From Eledone cirrhosa (taxonomy: Eukaryota), in NCBI GenBank assembly GCA_964016885.1, contig OZ024740.1, positions 383,780,001 to 383,844,000 of the forward strand: 64,000 nt of DNA, written 5' to 3'. Made by a program: the position numbers and the translations under genes. The notes under the pieces were generated by a model, which saw only the letters and a program-made list of their open reading frames with translations, was not told the origin of the DNA and did not search any database. Below are positions 57,444-64,000 of the stretch, piece after piece; the first letter of the stretch is position 1; the number at the start of each line of letters is the position of its first letter.

Positions 57444-58123
57444 AACGGCGATGAATTAGTTTTGCGAGGTTTTGTATATGAAATCGTGTGTCGAAACAAA
57501 TATTGTTATACTTGGGGAGGGTCATATTTGTGTAATATTGCCAGAATTAATAACAGAACACACTCACTGTTTGGTTGGTTTTCGCTTTTCGCTTCTGTGT
57601 CTTTTATATCGGCAATCTAATTTATTCGGTCCTCAATGTTGCCATTGACTGACTGACAGTCAAAAATAATACAGATACAATATAGACACAAACACATATA
57701 AACACACACTAGTCACCCAATCACGAACACACATCAAACAAAACACTATGCACACACGCAAACGCATGCGCAAAGAAGACAAAATAAAATAAACAAACAA
57801 ACAAATAAATAAATAAATATATAGACAGACTAAATAAAAATGGCGTAGACATACAATGCAACGGGAAGAAACAATAGCACCACTGACGTTGTTGCAGATG
57901 TGCAACGAAATAACTCTAATAAACTATATATATATGTGTTTGTGTCTATATTGTATCTGTATTATTTTTGACCGTCGGTCAGTCAATGGCAACATTGAGG
58001 ACCGAAAAAATTAGATTACCGATATAAAAGACACAGAAGCGAAAAGCGAAAACCAACCAAACAGTGAGTTTGATCTGTTATTAATTCTGTCAACATTACA
58101 CAAATATGACCCTCCCCAAGTAT

Positions 58124-58129
<6 letters not shown>
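57444..58129. mobile_element. Family G element with inverted terminal copy
   Basis: ~57500-57700 is the reverse complement of ~57930-58129; HHR-like motif at 57883-57916 (A9>T). Confidence 0.8.
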
Positions 58130-58168
<39 letters not shown>

Positions 58169-58277
58169 CTTGATCACCTTGACCGACCAGTCTGTCGGAC
58201 GCCATCGGTGCCGCTGGTCACAGCACGTGGTGTTTTAGCCATACGATGACTCCATCCCACTGGCTGGGCGGGCAGTC

Positions 58278-58315
<38 letters not shown>

Positions 58316-58375
58316 CTCAATACTGAGTACTCATCTCTCACAGTTGTCAACCACATGCAGGTATATATATATATC

Positions 58376-58744
58376 TCAGGGTGGCTCCTTAACCATGGTT
58401 AATTTTCCAAAGGTTAAAAGTATAGTTGTTTGCACAATACTTGTGCTCTGTCCCCAGCTTTGCAAGTTCCCTTCCCCATTATATTTATTGTCAGTTATAC
58501 TTCTAATACCAAGAATAAGTCTGAACAACTTTATAACTTAAGAGAAAATTATATAAGATTAAAGATTTTTATCTGAAAAAATGACTTCCCTGCGAAAACT
58601 TCAATATTTCGATTAGGGTCGCCCTGCCGTTGTTCGCTTGAGCTAGAGTTTTGCCTAGATTGGTTTTGTTTTAATATAACCGAGATAGGTGTGTGGGAGC
58701 TCAACTTTTAGAAACTTGAAAAATAAGGGCCACCCTAAAGGTTC

Positions 58745-58784
<40 letters not shown>

Positions 58785-58838
58785 GAGGCTTTAGGGTGGC
58801 CCTTATTTTTCAAGTTTCTAAAAGTTGAGCTCCCACAC
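58376..58838. mobile_element. Non-autonomous hATm-like element (~58376-58738) with a mirrored end across a (TA)n tract
   Basis: TCAGGGTGGCTCCTTA ... TAAGGGCCACCCTAA; 58691-58747 mirrors 58781-58838. Confidence 0.6.
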
Positions 58839-58847
58839 ATATTTTTT

Positions 58848-59666
58848 AATATATTTTTTTTATTTGTTTGAAATAATTACTTGGTCGTTTCTATGGCTGT
58901 GGATAATGGTTTAACCATCGTCTCAGTTTGTTTGGCCTTTTAACGTATGTTGTAGCTCTGGTTCGTTAGAATCTATTGGGCGCTTGCCACACATCTCGGA
59001 AGTTGTTTTTCGCTAATTTCCAATAGCCGAAATACGATTCTCGCTAATTTATATTTGTATTAATCTCCAGGGTCTAGCTATTGACCAGTTAATTTTCTTG
59101 ATTTTTTTAGTTGATTCTATTGACTGATGAATAGCTTTTGTTAACTTTAAAACCATTCTGTTGAGAACTTAATTCGTTTTGTGATATTTTGCAATTTTTC
59201 AATAATAATACACATACTGAATTCATCCACCAAAAATAAGGGTTGCTTTCCTTGTCGAGCCCCACGTGGGTATTGGTAACGGTCAATACTTGGCCTGGCA
59301 CTTAAACTAAAAGCCTGTTGAGAAAGTGACGTACTTGTTCAATCACCTTACCAAAAGCTTAACATTATTTGTCTAAGCGGACAGTACTTGATTTAGGCGT
59401 CGCAGAAACCCAAATGCTGGATTTTCACCCACCATCCAGGGGTCCGGGTAAATATTTCAGTCATATTTTTTTTATTTGTTTGACTCGAATTACTTGGTCG
59501 TTTCTATGGGTGTGCGGATAATGGTTTAACCATCGTCTCAGTATGTTTGGCCTTTTAACGTATATGGTAGCTCTGGTTTGTTAGAATCTATTGAGCGCTT
59601 GCTACACATCTCGGAAGTTGTTTTTGCCTAATTTCCAATAGCCGAAATACGATTCTCACTAATTGA

Positions 59667-59672
<6 letters not shown>
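58848..59672. repeat. ~210-bp direct repeat (58848-59056 / 59462-59672)
   Basis: AATTACTTGGTCGTTTCTATGG..CACATCTCGGAAGTTG..GAAATACGATTCTC occurs twice. Confidence 0.9.
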
Positions 59673-59706
<34 letters not shown>

Positions 59707-59885
59707 TATAAGTATTAAAACATCCGAAATATGTATAATAAAATGTAATTGATCAAAAGAACATCTATTTTATTAATACTTATATTTTAATATTAATAAC
59801 TCCAGAAAATAATTTTTACCGTTGAGTGCTTCCAATCTACTGTAAAACTCATTATTTGACATAATCATAGAATATTGTTTAACAC

Positions 59886-59925
<40 letters not shown>

Positions 59926-60345
59926 CATATATAGATTTACATATACATAAACTAGACAAAGACATAGATATATATGTCTGTTTTGGGCAACCGTTCACCA
60001 TGTGGCTCAAAGACGAATTAATTAATTAAATAATCAACAATCATAGCAATATACAAGAACGTACGTCCATAGAATCATTTGATAAATATATACAGTATAA
60101 CCTCTCCCAATCAGCATAATCAACCACACAAAAAATCAATTAAACAAGGCTATAAGATTAAAAGGCACCTAAGAAGAAACAATAGATAAATAAACGATAG
60201 CTATCTATCCGCGATCAGCAGCCACAGAATATTTATCCAGTATTTCTAATACCACGTGTAAATCGATTAGATATATCGTCAACCATACACAATTAGGTAC
60301 AAAATCAAAGTTAGAAGAAAAAATGTATATAAGCATATCAAAATT

Positions 60346-60433
60346 ATGTCTCTGCCCCATGAAGTTTCATTCGCTTTTTGGAAATATCCTATCAAGGATA
60401 AATTCACGAGTTTCGAAATCATCAGGGAAACAT
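60346..60433 (-). ncRNA. Degenerate hammerhead in a family H relative
   Basis: Minus strand: ATGTTTCC CTGATGA T TTCG...CGAA T GAAA CTTCATGGG GC AGAGACAT; U16.1 lost. Confidence 0.55.
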
Positions 60434-60580
60434 CCTCAATTGGACAAAGATTTTTCTTAAATGATCCCCGCCAGAAACGAATTCAAAATGGCTAAGAACT
60501 GTGACGTGGCTAGTGGTCAAGTCAAGTAGAGGAAATACTTTATATATGTTATCAAATGATTCTATGGACGTACTTTCTGG

Positions 60581-60682
<102 letters not shown>

Positions 60683-62034
60683 GCGGGTAATAGTAAATAT
60701 TACCCAGTTACTTGTATGAAGATAGATCGATGTAAAATAAGAAGTATACTACAGAGGCGAAATACAATGTAAATGAAGTATAGGAGCAGATAAATGCTAT
60801 ACAAATTAGGAGCAGATAAAAGCAACAAAAATAAAAAAAACATGTGGCCCTTTAGATGATGTGTCTTGGGTGCGTTATTGATAATACTTTCATCTATATT
60901 GGATTTTTTACTTTGGTGATTGTATTTAATCACTCAGCATTACATTAGCTCCTTTGGAGGTTTTGAAAAATAATTATTATTATGACTGAATTATGTAGTC
61001 GGACTTATAGTCTTGCTCCTTTCTGTAATCCCTAGCTATGCTACACGTGCATCTGAATTTTTTAAAAATATTTTTAAATATATTATGAAAAAATATTTTT
61101 TGGAGATGTATTTTAAAATTTATATTTGAAATGCAGGCCTTCTCTAATTAACTTTATTAACTTTGTTAACTACTTATGATATATATATATATATTAATGT
61201 TGTAATGATTTAGACGGCAGTATCTTAGAATTTCATATATTACGCAATCACTGATATACGTATTTTGGTTGTATATATTATGTAATCATCATAAACGTTC
61301 TCGACAGATAGCTTTTCTTTTGAATAAACATGAGAAATGTAAGTTCTTCGGTGATACACAAGCTGGCGACCTAAGGTATTTTTAGATAGATAGATAGATA
61401 CATAGTTAAAGTGCTATTATACTGTCGCTTTTTGTTTCTTTACAAAAAGCATATAACCCTGAAATACGATGAATTGAATAAATGTAGTTATGAAACGCAT
61501 GGGGCTTCTCAGATGTGTGCACACAAGAAACAGTACGAGACGCCAAACGAATAATTTTCACGTATAACATGTTTTCTTTTCAGTTATATTTGGCTGCATG
61601 TATACCAATATTTTTAAGTTTCTCTGCATATCAAGCCCTCACTTGACGTTAAAATGTGTATTTCATTGCGTTGAAAAACTAAATTTTCTTTCACATCTAC
61701 CCATGTCTGAACTATGTAAAACAATTTTTATACTAATCACTTAAATATATAATTTCCGGGTGGTAACACATATCTACATATGTCATAGTTCGGCTTGTTC
61801 TATCAACTTTCGTTCCAATAACGAATACTAAATAAACATACGCTACTAAAAGTTGGGTATGTATGATTATAAGGCCTCTTTTTTCTCCACTGGTGATTGT
61901 CTATGTAATACCCGAGTTTTGGAGATCTCAAAATGTGATACTTCATGCGATATTAAATTTAATACTACTTCTGCATATAGATTTGTTTTTCCATTACATT
62001 TTGATGTTTAACTGTACATGTAATGTATTTCATG

Positions 62035-62134
<100 letters not shown>

Positions 62135-62880
62135 AATGTGTCTGTGTATGTATGTGTACGTGTGTATGAATATAGGTGCGTAGGTGTGTGTGTGTATGCC
62201 TTCTTCTAAGGTAACAAAAATGTCAAAGTGCGCACAAAACTAGTACATCGATCGATATATGCAAATATTCTCACACAATGAATACGATATATGAAAAACA
62301 TGCTTCCATAACTAAATATGCGTCGATGTAACAATGTGGTTTTTCTGCGTGTGTATGTGAGCATGTATGTGGGTTGGTGTGTTAGTATGTCTCATTACAA
62401 GTGAATGTCGTTCTGTATAGATGTATTTCTCTTTGTTTGATTCTGTGAAAACAAATCTAGTGAATAAAACACAGGTCAAGCATGTACATATAAACACATA
62501 TAATATTCATTCTTACTTAACCTTTGTTATTCAGTTACTTCGAGCACATCGGGTGTTATTCTTGGCAGGCGTTTCAATATATGCGTATAAGCACATACAT
62601 ATGTACATACACAACCACACACACACACACACACACGCGCAAAAACACAAAGACAAGCGCACACACACACAAAGGCAAGCACACACAGGCACACACACAT
62701 AGCAAGATAGATATCTAGATAAAGAGGAAGAAGTGTGGGAGCCGGGAAATGCTAGATCGATACAGTAGTATATAATCATATATTATTTGTAAATTTGCAT
62801 GTGAATGCATAACATTCTAAAAACTGCTACTCTTACAAAATGCCTGTCAGTATATATACATATATATATATATATAGATA

Positions 62881-62945
62881 GGAACGAGTAGGACCCCGAC
62901 GGCTGAGCTCAAGCCATTTCGACGGCTAATTCTGGACTAAATGAA
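62881..62945 (-). mobile_element. Family E single arm
   Basis: GGAACGAGTAGGACCCCGACGGCTGAGCTCAAGCCATTTCGACGGCTAATTCTGGAC. Confidence 0.75.
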
Positions 62946-64000
62946 CATTTTTATCCTGGTATATGAATAGCCGAGCTTCTCAGGGGGTAATTCCATATAT
63001 GGTAAAAGTGATTGTCACAAGGATTGGTCAAAAGTTTGTTGTTGAGACACATAATTCTATCATGGCAATTTGGGGTCGGAAGGGTAGCTGAACCTGCCAG
63101 TAGAAGAAAGATGAAGAGGGGGTGGGGGTAACCCAGTCGTGCGTTGATAGTGCCAACTACAGCAGGGCAGGAGGTCAAGGAAGCATACTAGGGAGGGGGA
63201 GGGGGAGGAAGCCGAAACAATAAGTAAAACAATATGGGGTAAATATATAGAAAAATACCGAGAATGTTAAAAAAACAATTAAATATAAAAAACAATTTCT
63301 GGTTACTATTCCCTAAGGACAGCCATCAAGTATCTCACTGGTACTGCTAAACTATAGAAAGGTTTACTAGGTGGGACAAAATTATAATGAGACCCTTTTA
63401 AGAGGTTGTAGTAACCAACCGTGTATATCTTACAGTGACGGGTCAACAAGTGGGGGGCCAAAATACTAAAGAAACTACCACGAAATAATAATTCAGAGTC
63501 CCGAGACTAATACGAAATAATTGTTTCTACCCTAGGCACAAGGCCAGCAACCACCCAGTGCAAAAAAATAAACTAATACGAAATAATTATTCAGAATCCC
63601 GAAAAATAATACTAATACTATCTCTAAGGGTGCCGCTACGATACAAAAATTTTAGTGCAAACTACATAAATGCTCGTACGAAATATATGAAAAATTTGAT
63701 ACGGAAAATCAATTCAGACCCCCACACACACAAAACAAATAAATACTGATATACGAGAAATTAAAGCAAAGATACCACTAAGAAATGTAGAACGCACGAA
63801 AAAGGGGCAGCCATCGGATAAGAAAGGAAGTATCCGGGGTCTATCACATCTGCTATAAAAAGCGGAGTCGGCCAATTCTATCATAGAATAGGGGAAGGGG
63901 GTGGGGGTACTGAGGCTACAAAGGACCGAGGGGCTGCCTCGGGTGGGTGAGAAAGTGAAAAGGACGACGACAAAGAAAGAGGACTGTAGTAGAAGGACGA

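Overview
This is AT-rich, microsatellite-dense animal DNA; the SINE types suggest an octopus (inference). I can support no host gene, and almost all short ORFs are (TA)n/(CA)n artefacts. The window is largely decayed transposons: a frameshifted Tx1/L1-like LINE, three Penelope-like elements (PLEs, RT and/or GIY-YIG), mariner and hATm-like remnants, a non-autonomous Helitron and tRNA-derived SINEs. The main signal is non-coding. About 30 type I hammerhead ribozyme (HHR) motifs, in roughly a dozen unrelated families, sit in short elements inserted in (TA)n tracts, mostly as fold-back (inverted) structures. Two families are circularly permuted tandem units with one HHR per unit (~318-320 nt and ~434 nt), i.e. 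retrozyme-like. Several families carry unusual cores: a compensated U3:A8 pair in place of C3:G8, a U.U apposition at the base of stem II, or a very long stem II. Coordinates were read by eye and element ends are approximate.
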